Shown: positions 1 to 8,009 of the stretch, one piece after another | Layout: each line of letters starts with the position of its first letter | How positions within the stretch are numbered: position 1 is the stretch's first letter | Origin: an uncultured Chloroflexia bacterium | Lineage (GTDB): Bacteria > Chloroflexota > Anaerolineae > Anaerolineales > Anaerolineaceae | Reading direction: 5' to 3' | Length of the DNA: 32,000 bases | Assembly: GCA_963704755.1 (NCBI GenBank) | Contig: OY969938.1 | Coordinates: forward strand, 4,560,001-4,592,000 | Made by a program: the position numbers and the translations under genes | The notes under the pieces: generated by a model | Seen by the model: the letters and a program-made list of their open reading frames with translations, nothing else | What the model was told of the DNA's origin: nothing | The model's database searches: none

Positions 1-1435
1 TGGTACGGGCCAGTTTGAGGATGCGGTGGTAAGCTCGGGCCGAAAGCTGGAACTGGCTCATAGCGGTGCGCATCAAATTCGAGCCGGCCTGGTCCAGGCT
101 GCAAAATTTACGCACATCGGCGGGGCGCATTTCAGCATTGCTGGCGATATCGCTGCCTGCCAGCCGCTGGCGCTGGATATCACGCGCGGTTTCTACCCGT
201 TTGCGCACCACATCGGATGGTTCCCCCAACCGTTCGTCGGAAAGTTTTTCGTATTCCACCCTGGGGACCTCGACATAGATATCGATGCGATCCAACAATG
301 GCCCGGAGATGCGTTTCTGGTAGCGGGTCACGGTCATGGACGAGCAGGTGCAGGGCTTGACCGGGTCCCCATAATAGCCGCAGGGACAGGGATTCATGGC
401 GGCGATCAATTGAAAATTGGCAGGAAAGGTCAGCGAACCCTGCGCCCGGCTGATGGTGACGATTTTGTCCTCCACCGGCTGGCGCAGCACTTCCAATACC
501 CGCGGGCCGAATTCAGGCAACTCGTCCAGGAAGAGCACACCCCGGTGGGCCAGTGAAACCTCGCCCGGATGCGGCAGGTTGCCGCCGCCGACCAGCCCGG
601 CAAAGCTGATCGTATGGTGGGGTGCCCGGAAGGGCCGGTTGCGGATCATAGGCACGTCCGCCGGGAGCTGGTCGGCAACTGAATAGACGCGAGTTACGTC
701 CAGGGCTTCGTCGATGCTCATACGCGGCAGGATGGCCGGCAGCGCCCGTGCCATGAGGGTCTTCCCGGCGCCGGGGGGACCGGACATCAACACGTTATGC
801 CCGCCGGCCGCGGCGACTTCCAGGGCGCGTTTGACGTGTTCCTGGCCCTTGATGTCACGGAAGTTGGTCTGGACGGCAACTTCCAATTCCTCGGCTTGCA
901 CGTGAGGATGCGGTGTGATTTGCGAATTCCCCGCCAGATGATCGGCTAGCTCGATCAGTGATGCGACCGGAATGACATCCAGGTCTGGGATCAGGGCGGC
1001 CTCGGCTGCATCCACCTGGGGTACGACGATCCGTTTGAACCCTTGCTGGCGGGCGACGGCCGCCATGGGGAGCACACCGCGCACGTGACGCACCGAACCG
1101 TCCAGGGAGAGCTCGCCGACCACTAGCGTATCTTCCAGGGAATCCGGGGTAAGCTGATCGGTAGCGATCAACACGCCCAGGGCAATGGGCAAATCGTAAG
1201 CCGGGCCTTCCTTGCGCACCGATGCCGGTGCCAGGTTTACCGTTACCCTTTTGCGCGGATAGAACAGCCCGGCGTTTTTAATCGCGGTCTGGACGCGCTC
1301 GCGGCTTTCTTGTATGGCAGCATCGGGGAGACCCACAATGACCATCATGGGCAGCCCAGGATTGGTATCAACTTCCACTTGTACAATGACGCCGTCGAGA
1401 CCGATCACGGCGCAGGATGGGACGCAGGCAAGCAT
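1..1435 (-). CDS. comM: Mg-chelatase-like AAA+ ATPase, YifB/ComM family (3' end runs off the left edge of the window)
   Basis: My minus-strand translation from the ATG at 1435 gives MLACVPSCAVIGLDGVIVQVEVDTNPGLPMMVIVGLPDAAIQESRERV..., followed by Walker A GPPGAGKT, Walker B VLFLDELPEF and the Cys-rich NPCPCGYYGDPVKPCTC segment typical of ComM/YifB. An in-frame stop lies just upstream of the ATG. The ORF is absent from the track because it has no stop inside the window. Confidence 0.9.
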   Translation of the reverse strand, partial: MLACVPSCAVIGLDGVIVQVEVDTNPGLPMMVIVGLPDAAIQESRERVQTAIKNAGLFYPRKRVTVNLAPASVRKEGPAYDLPIALGVLIATDQLTPDSLEDTLVVGELSLDGSVRHVRGVLPMAAVARQQGFKRIVVPQVDAAEAALIPDLDVIPVASLIELADHLAGNSQITPHPHVQAEELEVAVQTNFRDIKGQEHVKRALEVAAAGGHNVLMSGPPGAGKTLMARALPAILPRMSIDEALDVTRVYSVADQLPADVPMIRNRPFRAPHHTISFAGLVGGGNLPHPGEVSLAHRGVLFLDELPEFGPRVLEVLRQPVEDKIVTISRAQGSLTFPANFQLIAAMNPCPCGYYGDPVKPCTCSSMTVTRYQKRISGPLLDRIDIYVEVPRVEYEKLSDERLGEPSDVVRKRVETARDIQRQRLAGSDIASNAEMRPADVRKFCSLDQAGSNLMRTAMSQFQLSARAYHRILKLART

Positions 1436-1623
1436 GATATGAGTTTAGGGGAAAGGGTTAATTTTTGTCAAGTAAAATTTGAAGTGAGCTTGCATTAATC
1501 ACTAACTTTATACAGGGTGGAAGGATCATATATATAGGCAAGTAAATTTGGAATATGAGGGAATCAAGAGATCACCCATTAGTGGTGATTCTCATTTCGA
1601 TGGAGTGCACCTTCGGGAAAATT

Positions 1624-2238
1624 ATGGATGAATTTCAAAGTATAAAACTGCTCAAACAAGGTGATATCCATGGATTAGAGATCCTGGTGGATCGCTATTA
1701 TTTCAAGGCTGTCCGCGCGGCGTATTTGATCCTCTTTGATCGCGACCAGTCTGAAGATATCGTCCAAGATTGTTTCATCCACGCCTATGAAAAAATCGAC
1801 CAGTTGAATTCGGATCAATTTGCCCCCTGGTTTTTTCGCAGTGTGGTCAATGCCGCCCTGAAAGCTTATAAAAAATCTGCCCAATCTGTTTCGATCGAGG
1901 ATGTCGATGAACAATTCTCGATGGATGCCTGGTTGGATCGTTCACCTGGATCTCTTGAGGATGAAGTCCAGGCCAACGAGCTGAAACGATCGGTTGGCGA
2001 TGCGCTTACCAGCCTTCCGGCCGAACAACGGGCAGTAATTGTGTGGAAATATTACCTGGACCTGAGCGAAAACGAAATTAGCCTGCGGATGAACCGGCCG
2101 GTTTCCACGGTCAAGTGGTGGCTGTTTGTTGCCAGAGGGAAAATACGGACCTGGCTAGGACAACAAGAAAAACCTTTCCCGGCTAAAACCGGCCCTGGAA
2201 TGGACGTGCCTTCTCAACCGGGTCATAAGGAGAAATAA
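1624..2238 (+). CDS. ECF-type sigma-70 family RNA polymerase sigma factor (the alternative longer start at 1555 is less likely)
   Basis: Region 2-like segment DIVQDCFIHAYEKIDQLNSDQFAPWFFRSVVNAAL and region 4-like segment LPAEQRAVIVWKYYLDLSENEISLRMNRPVSTVKWWLFVARGKI. The size fits an ECF sigma. A membrane protein follows immediately downstream. Confidence 0.8.
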   Translation: MDEFQSIKLLKQGDIHGLEILVDRYYFKAVRAAYLILFDRDQSEDIVQDCFIHAYEKIDQLNSDQFAPWFFRSVVNAALKAYKKSAQSVSIEDVDEQFSMDAWLDRSPGSLEDEVQANELKRSVGDALTSLPAEQRAVIVWKYYLDLSENEISLRMNRPVSTVKWWLFVARGKIRTWLGQQEKPFPAKTGPGMDVPSQPGHKEK

Positions 2239-2240
2239 AA

Positions 2241-3593
2241 ATGAATCAAACGAATTCTGAAGCGTTAAAAGAAGTCCTGGATCAGATTGCACTCGATGCC
2301 GTACCAGGCGGCTATTCACCCTGGCCGCTGATCCGGGACAAAATCGAACGACGCCAACCGGCCAGGCGGAGCATGCTGGCGGTCTGGCCCAAAAGACTGG
2401 CGCCCGGTTTGTTGGCCATCCTTTTGATTGTAGTTGCCCTTTTGGGGGGAACACCGCAGGGCCGGGCTTTGGCCGAGAATGCCTTTTCGTTTTTCAAACG
2501 GGCGCTCTCAGATGTGCAGCCGCTATCGGCCGCTGGGCCGACGGAAGCTGCCATAAATACCCGCACGCCAGCCTCCACGTTTATTCCCGAGATCGTGCCA
2601 TTCAACCCGGCTGATAATCCCACAGATGGCCTTCAAACCCCCACATCCTCGCCGGAAATACATACAGGCGGGATGCTGAACGGACTATCCCTGGAAGCGG
2701 TGCAGTCATTGGCTGGCTATCCGCTACGCGTGCCTTCGCAGTTGCCAGAGGGTTACCGGTTCGTCAGTGCCAACCTGGACCAGGAAACCCAGGCGGTCAA
2801 CCAGATTTACCAGTTCTTTCCCTACCAGGCCGGTGAAATGATCGTGATCAACCAGGCGCCCCTCGAGCATTCTCCAGTAGCCACCGAGCTTGTCGGCCAG
2901 AGTGCGACTATCCTGCCTTTTAGCCTGGGTGAAACGGTCGGGGAATATGTTGAAGGTACCTGGTTGAATCAATATGGAACCACCCAGCAGGAGTGGTATA
3001 ACCATGCTCCCCCCTATACCTTTGCCTGGCAGGATGAGCTGTACCGCTATACCGTTCGCTTTTTCGTGGGCGACGATTTTAGCCCGGCTTATCTGACCCG
3101 CCAACAAATGATGGATTTTTTGGAGGTCTATTTTGGGGCCAAAAGCGGCCTGACGGATGGGATTAACCTTAATTACTTGACCGATCTGACTCAAGCCGAA
3201 GATTTAGCCGGGTTCCATATCCTTTTCCCACAGGCTATCCCAGGTGGATTTGAGTTCTCCCACGCGGTGTACGAACCACAAAACAAGCGCCTGATCCTGA
3301 AATTCGTGCCGGTTGCAGCGGATCGAGAAACCGGCGGTGTGAGTCTGGTTATCCTGGAGATGCCCGCCGCTGCTTTGACCGAAGAGAACAATTGCGATGT
3401 ATCGGCCGGAAATACACAGGCTGTTTCTATCATCGGGGCCGCCGGCTGCCTGTCGATGACGGGTGACACCAGCGCCAGCCTCCACTGGCGCAGCGACGAT
3501 GTGGAAATTTCTCTCCTATATCAATCCAGCACATCGAACCCTGTCCGGCTAGGGGAAGCGCAACTCCTGGAAATCGCCAGAAGCATGCACTGA
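2241..3593 (+). CDS. Membrane-anchored putative anti-sigma factor with a large extracytoplasmic domain (DUF4367-like guess)
   Basis: AAGGAG RBS, and the start lies 2 nt after the sigma stop. It has a short cytoplasmic N-terminus and one TM helix (LAPGLLAILLIVVALLGG), then about 370 aa outside the membrane. The call rests mainly on this position and topology. Confidence 0.55.
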   Translation: MNQTNSEALKEVLDQIALDAVPGGYSPWPLIRDKIERRQPARRSMLAVWPKRLAPGLLAILLIVVALLGGTPQGRALAENAFSFFKRALSDVQPLSAAGPTEAAINTRTPASTFIPEIVPFNPADNPTDGLQTPTSSPEIHTGGMLNGLSLEAVQSLAGYPLRVPSQLPEGYRFVSANLDQETQAVNQIYQFFPYQAGEMIVINQAPLEHSPVATELVGQSATILPFSLGETVGEYVEGTWLNQYGTTQQEWYNHAPPYTFAWQDELYRYTVRFFVGDDFSPAYLTRQQMMDFLEVYFGAKSGLTDGINLNYLTDLTQAEDLAGFHILFPQAIPGGFEFSHAVYEPQNKRLILKFVPVAADRETGGVSLVILEMPAAALTEENNCDVSAGNTQAVSIIGAAGCLSMTGDTSASLHWRSDDVEISLLYQSSTSNPVRLGEAQLLEIARSMH

Positions 3594-3653
3594 CATTCGC
3601 CAGCAAGGCGATGATTTTCGGGAAAGGCGAACAAACCCTGCGGCAGAAGAAAA

Positions 3654-3679
3654 CAAGGAACCCCATTCGGGGTTCCTTG
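3654..3679. terminator. Hairpin between convergent genes (11-bp stem caaggaacccc / ggggttccttg, loop attc)
   Basis: A perfect 11-bp GC-rich stem read directly from the sequence. It lies between the stop of the anti-sigma gene (3593) and the stop of the CBS gene (3686). A-rich sequence lies upstream and there is no clear T-tract downstream. Confidence 0.55.
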
Positions 3680-3685
3680 TGCGTT

Positions 3686-4129
3686 CTAACGACCGTAACG
3701 GCCGCTAATATAGTTTTCCATCTCTTCCAGTAGTAAGGATTGGTCGGTGATAACGGTCTTAACGACGTCGCCGATGGTGATGATACCGATGACCTCGCCA
3801 TTATTGACCACCGGCAGGTGGCGGATGTGGTGCCTGGTCATGATGATCATGCATTCGTTGACGGATTGGTCGAGGGTGGTGGTGATGACCGTATGGGTCA
3901 TATACGTGCTGACCGGCAGTGAGTTCAGGGTCGTTTTCTGGCTCACCGCATGGCGGGCGTAATCACGCTCGGAGAAAATACCGACCAACTCCCCTTTTTC
4001 CATCACCAGTATGGCGCCGATGTCCTTTTCAGCCATAATCAACAATGCGTCGTTTATGGTCGTTTCTGGCGAAACGTACCAGACGGCATTTCCCTTTTTG
4101 TCCAGGATTTGTTTGACCGTACTGTTCAT
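3686..4129 (-). CDS. CBS-pair domain protein
   Basis: Two CBS-like repeats (...TINDALLIMAEKDIGAILVMEKGELVGIFSERD... and ...VNECMIIMTRHHIRHLPVVNNGEVIGIITIGDV...). The internal ATG at 4129 is preceded by AGGAGG, so I prefer it over the track start at 4153. Confidence 0.8.
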   Translation of the reverse strand: MNSTVKQILDKKGNAVWYVSPETTINDALLIMAEKDIGAILVMEKGELVGIFSERDYARHAVSQKTTLNSLPVSTYMTHTVITTTLDQSVNECMIIMTRHHIRHLPVVNNGEVIGIITIGDVVKTVITDQSLLLEEMENYISGRYGR

Positions 4130-4305
4130 TTCAACCTCCTTCGATTTCCACATTTCTCCATTTTTACTGAGGTAACGATCTGTCCGGGGATTGTCCCGGG
4201 AATTGAAAAATAAGGGGATAAATGCTTGGAAGAAGGATCTCAGTTTTCCAGCGTCTTATCAGGATTGAAGGATATCTCCAGAGAAAACAGGTTGGGTCGT
4301 AAAGA

Positions 4306-4536
4306 TCATGAAGGGCAGTCTTTCTGGCTGGTCTCCGCAGCCCGGGCTAACAATTCGGCCAGCTTGCGGGCTTCGCCGGGCGTCAGAAAGAGATTGGTCT
4401 CGCCGGCTTTGAACACTTTCTCATCTTCGGGGCAGGATTCCCAGAAGCGGATGCAGATGTTGTCGCAAAACGTCTTGTCTTTGGGCTCGTAAAAGACCTC
4501 TACACTTAATGTATCATCTAACAAGAACAGGGGCAT
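4306..4536 (-). CDS. Small hypothetical protein (76 aa, 4 Cys)
   Basis: ATG preceded by GGAGATGG. The composition looks coding. I recognise no family. Confidence 0.4.
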   Translation of the reverse strand: MPLFLLDDTLSVEVFYEPKDKTFCDNICIRFWESCPEDEKVFKAGETNLFLTPGEARKLAELLARAAETSQKDCPS

Positions 4537-4881
4537 GGATCCATCTCCAGCGGTTAACTGCTCATATTGATTAACTCAAGGCTGTTGACCCGATCCGGAG
4601 TCGCAACTCCACGGGCGAACAATTTATTACATTATATACAATTTTAGTGATTTTTCTTGCCCGTGGGAATAGAAATGTATGAATTGATAGGATCTGCCTG
4701 GGGCAGGTTGGGGCCGTGGATGAAAATAATACTTAGATCCACTTCCAAGGGACTCGCTCGGCAAATATTAAGATAGCTTCGCACGTAACGCTCGCGATGA
4801 CAAAAATAGGTTTGTTGCTTCCAGTGCATCGGCCCTGGCTAGATGGCGATTACATAAGCCACAAGGTCCAGTTCAAGGGGA

Positions 4882-4938
4882 AGGGTGTTTTCGATGTTTT
4901 TCGCGCGCGAAGCACGCGAAAAACATCGAAAACACCCT
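4882..4938. repeat. Perfect 24-bp inverted repeat with a GCGAAGC apex
   Basis: Arms are agggtgttttcgatgtttttcgcg (4882-4905) and cgcgaaaaacatcgaaaacaccct (4915-4938). The central 9 nt, cgcgaagca, contain GC-GAA-GC. It lies 33 nt beyond the stop of the minus-strand membrane protein gene. Confidence 0.9.
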
Positions 4939-4971
4939 GTTTCTCCGGGAAAGCTGAGTAGTTACCAAAAA

Positions 4972-5814
4972 TTAATGATAGAACGTGTTCTGGACGATTT
5001 GGTTGTCGAAGAAGCGGCTGGATTCACCGGTGGTGGCATATTGATAAACCGCAGCCGAATAGATACCACTCAAGGTCGAGCTGACCAGGCCAATAGCGAC
5101 CAGCAGCAAGACTACCACCACACCGATAGTAATATACGCCCAGGCAAAATTAAGGATCGAGGAAGCCAGGAAAGCCGCTGCGATTCCCAGCAGAATTACC
5201 CCGAAGGAAATCAAGCCAAACACTGCGCCCAGGCCAAAATTACCGGCGATTTGTTCGCCCCAGGTCTTTTTCAACAGCTCCGCGCTGCGTTTGATCGCGT
5301 CCACCGGACCGACCTCTTCAATGGCCAGAACGGGTACCACCAGGTAAGTAGCCACGTTCCAGGTAAAGCCGATCAGCGAGAAGATGAAACGGCCCAGTCC
5401 GCGGCTGCGTTGTGACAGGGTGCGCAGGAACATGCCCACGGTGGCTGCGATCAGGGCGTAACCCACGATCGGCCCGAGCTTGGAAAACGCAATCCGCATC
5501 CCATCGCTGACGGTCGGGTCCCCGCCGCGCAGGCGGATCATGGCCGCCCCGACCAGGGCCGTGTTGGAGAAGAAAATCACCGTGTATTGCACGATATAAA
5601 ACAGAAACAGGACCAGGAGGCCGGCAATCTGCAAACGTGTAGAGAAGAGGCTGTCGAAGAAGTTGCTGAGGAAGAGAGGTAAGGCGAATGTCAGGGTAAT
5701 AATGAGGGTACCGATGCTGGAAAGGATGGGAAATATCAACAATTCCTTATCGGCTGCCAGTACTTTTGCGCTGGCCTTGACCAGCTCCCAACTGTTGGAT
5801 AGTCTTGTGAACAT
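4972..5814 (-). CDS. Polytopic integral membrane protein (resembles the DUF6159 family, from memory)
   Basis: 280 aa with about six hydrophobic helices. The N-terminus, MFTRLSNSWELVKASAKVLAADKELLIFPILSSIG, resembles DUF6159-type proteins as I recall them. Confidence 0.6.
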   Translation of the reverse strand: MFTRLSNSWELVKASAKVLAADKELLIFPILSSIGTLIITLTFALPLFLSNFFDSLFSTRLQIAGLLVLFLFYIVQYTVIFFSNTALVGAAMIRLRGGDPTVSDGMRIAFSKLGPIVGYALIAATVGMFLRTLSQRSRGLGRFIFSLIGFTWNVATYLVVPVLAIEEVGPVDAIKRSAELLKKTWGEQIAGNFGLGAVFGLISFGVILLGIAAAFLASSILNFAWAYITIGVVVVLLLVAIGLVSSTLSGIYSAAVYQYATTGESSRFFDNQIVQNTFYH

Positions 5815-5859
5815 GCAAGTCTCCTGGATGGATTGGCTGTCGGGTTGATCTTGTCGTGG

Positions 5860-6708
5860 TTAATCGTTGTGGTTTTCGGGCGGGTGGCTCAAGCGGCCTT
5901 TGCCTAATTCCTGCGAACGCTCATAGGCGGCCCAAATAGCCCGGCTGATGGCGGTGCGGAAGCCGGCTTTTTCCAGGTAATACAAAGCAGCTGCCGAAGT
6001 ACCGCCGGGTGAGGTGACTTCGTTGCGCAGTTGGGCCGGGTGGTCTTTCTTTTGGGCATAATATTCGACTGATCCGCGCAGGGTCTGCATGACCAGTTGT
6101 TCGGAAATGCGGCGCGGAAAGCCCAGGTGCACGCCGGCGTCGATCAGGGCTTCCATAAACAGGAATACGTAGGCCGGGCCAGACCCGGATAAAGCCGTGC
6201 CCATATCCAGGTAGTTTTCATCTTCTACTTTGATTTCCGGCCCAAGCGCTCCAAGGATCTGGCTGGCAAGCTTACTCTGATCCTCGTTGACCGATTCCGA
6301 GCAGATCCATAAGGTGATGCCCTGGCCGATTTGTGCCGGGGTGTTGGGCATAGCCCGTACCACCTGATCTTTGCCCAGGCCGGCCTGGATCATTTCGATC
6401 GCTGCCCCGGCGACAATCGAAATCACCAGCGCCCCGGGTGGGATGCGTCCATTCAGACCGCGTAAAACCGCCGGAAGTATCTGCGGTTTTACCGATAAAA
6501 TCACGACCCGGGCTTTTTCGACCGCCGCGGCATTATCGGGGTTGAAGTGAACGCCATACTGCTGGTGGACCTCAGCGCCTTGTTCCAGATCGGGGCCGGC
6601 AGCGATGATGTTTTCCGGCGCAGTCAACTGGTTGCGGATAATACCGGCGATCATGGCCTGTCCCATAACGCCCGGCCCAATCAACGTAATCGCAATGTCT
6701 TTTTCCAT
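5860..6708 (-). CDS. proC: Pyrroline-5-carboxylate reductase
   Basis: N-terminal Rossmann motif ITLIGPGVMGQAMIAGI and the C-terminal signature VTSPGGTSAAAL, with full-length similarity to the ProC pattern. I chose the internal ATG at 6708 (GGGAG upstream). The track start at 6840 would overlap the upstream gene. Confidence 0.9.
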   Translation of the reverse strand: MEKDIAITLIGPGVMGQAMIAGIIRNQLTAPENIIAAGPDLEQGAEVHQQYGVHFNPDNAAAVEKARVVILSVKPQILPAVLRGLNGRIPPGALVISIVAGAAIEMIQAGLGKDQVVRAMPNTPAQIGQGITLWICSESVNEDQSKLASQILGALGPEIKVEDENYLDMGTALSGSGPAYVFLFMEALIDAGVHLGFPRRISEQLVMQTLRGSVEYYAQKKDHPAQLRNEVTSPGGTSAAALYYLEKAGFRTAISRAIWAAYERSQELGKGRLSHPPENHND

Positions 6709-6814
6709 AAAAATACTCCCACCAAATGAAAATACGGAAATTCCCGGCATCAGCCTGAGGGATAACCAATTCGTATAAGTCCGGCCCGGGTTGGTAAATA
6801 GCTTAAAGAATATC

Positions 6815-7561
6815 TTACAGTAATCCGCTCCAACGTGCAAAGATTGCTGTGGAAAGCAGCCGGCCAGCGCTCTTTTCCTCTAAAACCACCTCACCGACGC
6901 TGGTTTTACCGGCCCGTCCAGCCATCATGTCGTTGACAGTGTAATAGAGGGTAATAGCCGAGGCTTTTACCGCATAGGCGGTCAGCACCAGAAAGACCGC
7001 CTTCTCGCTCATTATTCCCTTGCAGGCGGCCAGCAGTTCGGGCAGCAGCTTGTAAAACTCCCACACCTCGCCTTTAGGCCCGCGGCCAAATTTGGGCGGA
7101 TCCAGGATCAGGCCGTCATAGGTTGAGCCGCGCCGGTTTTCACGCTGGACGAATTTCAGGGCGTCGTCGATGATCCAGCGGATGGGTTTGTCACTCCATC
7201 CGGATAGCTCCTGGTTTTCCCTGGCCCAATTGACTACCTTGCGCGAAGCATCCAGGTGTGTCACGGCAGCGCCGGCTTGAGCAGCGGCCAGGGAAGCCAG
7301 CCCGGTGTAACCGAACAGGTTTAACACCTTGAGCGGCCGTGCGGCGGTCTGAATCTGTTCCGTTACCCAATCCCACTGGCAGGCCTGTTCCGGAAAAACA
7401 CCCAGATGCCGCGAGGCGCTGGTGCGGACGTAAAACTTCATCTTTCCATAATTCATCGTCCAACGTTCGGGCAAATCGCGTAAGACCGTCCAATGTCCGC
7501 CATTTTCTTCCGGGCTGGGCATAAAACGGGCGGCGGCTTTTTGCCATTCTTTTTCCGGCAA
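6815..7561 (-). CDS. Class I SAM-dependent (rRNA-type, PF10672-like) methyltransferase; the N-terminus probably extends upstream to about 7687
   Basis: SAM-binding segment LNLFGYTGLASLAAAQAGAAVTHLDAS and a DPPKFGRG motif. The track start at 7561 is a TTG. The same frame stays open up to 7711 and encodes a conserved-looking NILSSPNWKDYELVDSGHGLKLERYGAHLLIRPEPEAVW segment. Confidence 0.8.
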   Translation of the reverse strand: MPEKEWQKAAARFMPSPEENGGHWTVLRDLPERWTMNYGKMKFYVRTSASRHLGVFPEQACQWDWVTEQIQTAARPLKVLNLFGYTGLASLAAAQAGAAVTHLDASRKVVNWARENQELSGWSDKPIRWIIDDALKFVQRENRRGSTYDGLILDPPKFGRGPKGEVWEFYKLLPELLAACKGIMSEKAVFLVLTAYAVKASAITLYYTVNDMMAGRAGKTSVGEVVLEEKSAGRLLSTAIFARWSGLL

Positions 7562-7805
7562 GGCCGGCGACCAGACCGCTTCCGGCTCTGGCCGGATGAG
7601 CAGGTGAGCGCCGTAGCGCTCCAGTTTCAGTCCGTGGCCGCTATCGACCAGTTCGTAATCTTTCCAGTTGGGGGAGGAAAGGATGTTTAATTCGGGAAAA
7701 TTCGCGGGATTTCAAGGAATAACTTTCTTGGGAAGTTTCTGCTGGATTTGCGAATGAGTATACCAGTTTTTAGCCTGCGGTGATGTTTCATCGCAGGAAC
7801 CTATA

Positions 7806-7848
7806 TGTGGAGGTTATCCGGGCGCGAATCGCCCGAATAACCCCCACA
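7806..7848. repeat. Imperfect 19-bp inverted repeat (2 mismatches) with a CGAAT loop, in a divergent intergenic region
   Basis: Arms are tgtggaggttatccgggcg (7806-7824) and cgcccgaataacccccaca (7830-7848), paired by hand. Mismatches are at 7811/7843 and 7818/7836. Confidence 0.8.
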
Positions 7849-8009
7849 CCTGTTCTACGGGAGATCCCAGAGACCCTTCACGGGGCGGTCGCTTGGCTGC
7901 GCGATTTAGGAGAATTTTGGATCATCCGATCCCTCATCCTTTCGGTGCGAACTTCACTGACGCGGTATAATGCCCATCGAGGAGTTCGGGCTTATCCTGA
8001 AATGAGGTC

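Noticed and set aside
26-905. Four + strand ORFs (26-556, 66-278, 417-686, 714-905) at the left edge
   Set aside because: They are antisense to, or out of frame with, a clearly recognisable minus-strand ComM/YifB gene (1-1435). Their translations are Arg/Ala/Gly-rich low-complexity sequence, typical of shadow ORFs.
4644-4829. A 61-aa minus-strand ORF in the 4537-4881 spacer
   Set aside because: It has no RBS, odd composition and no recognisable motif. It is more likely non-coding leader or promoter DNA.
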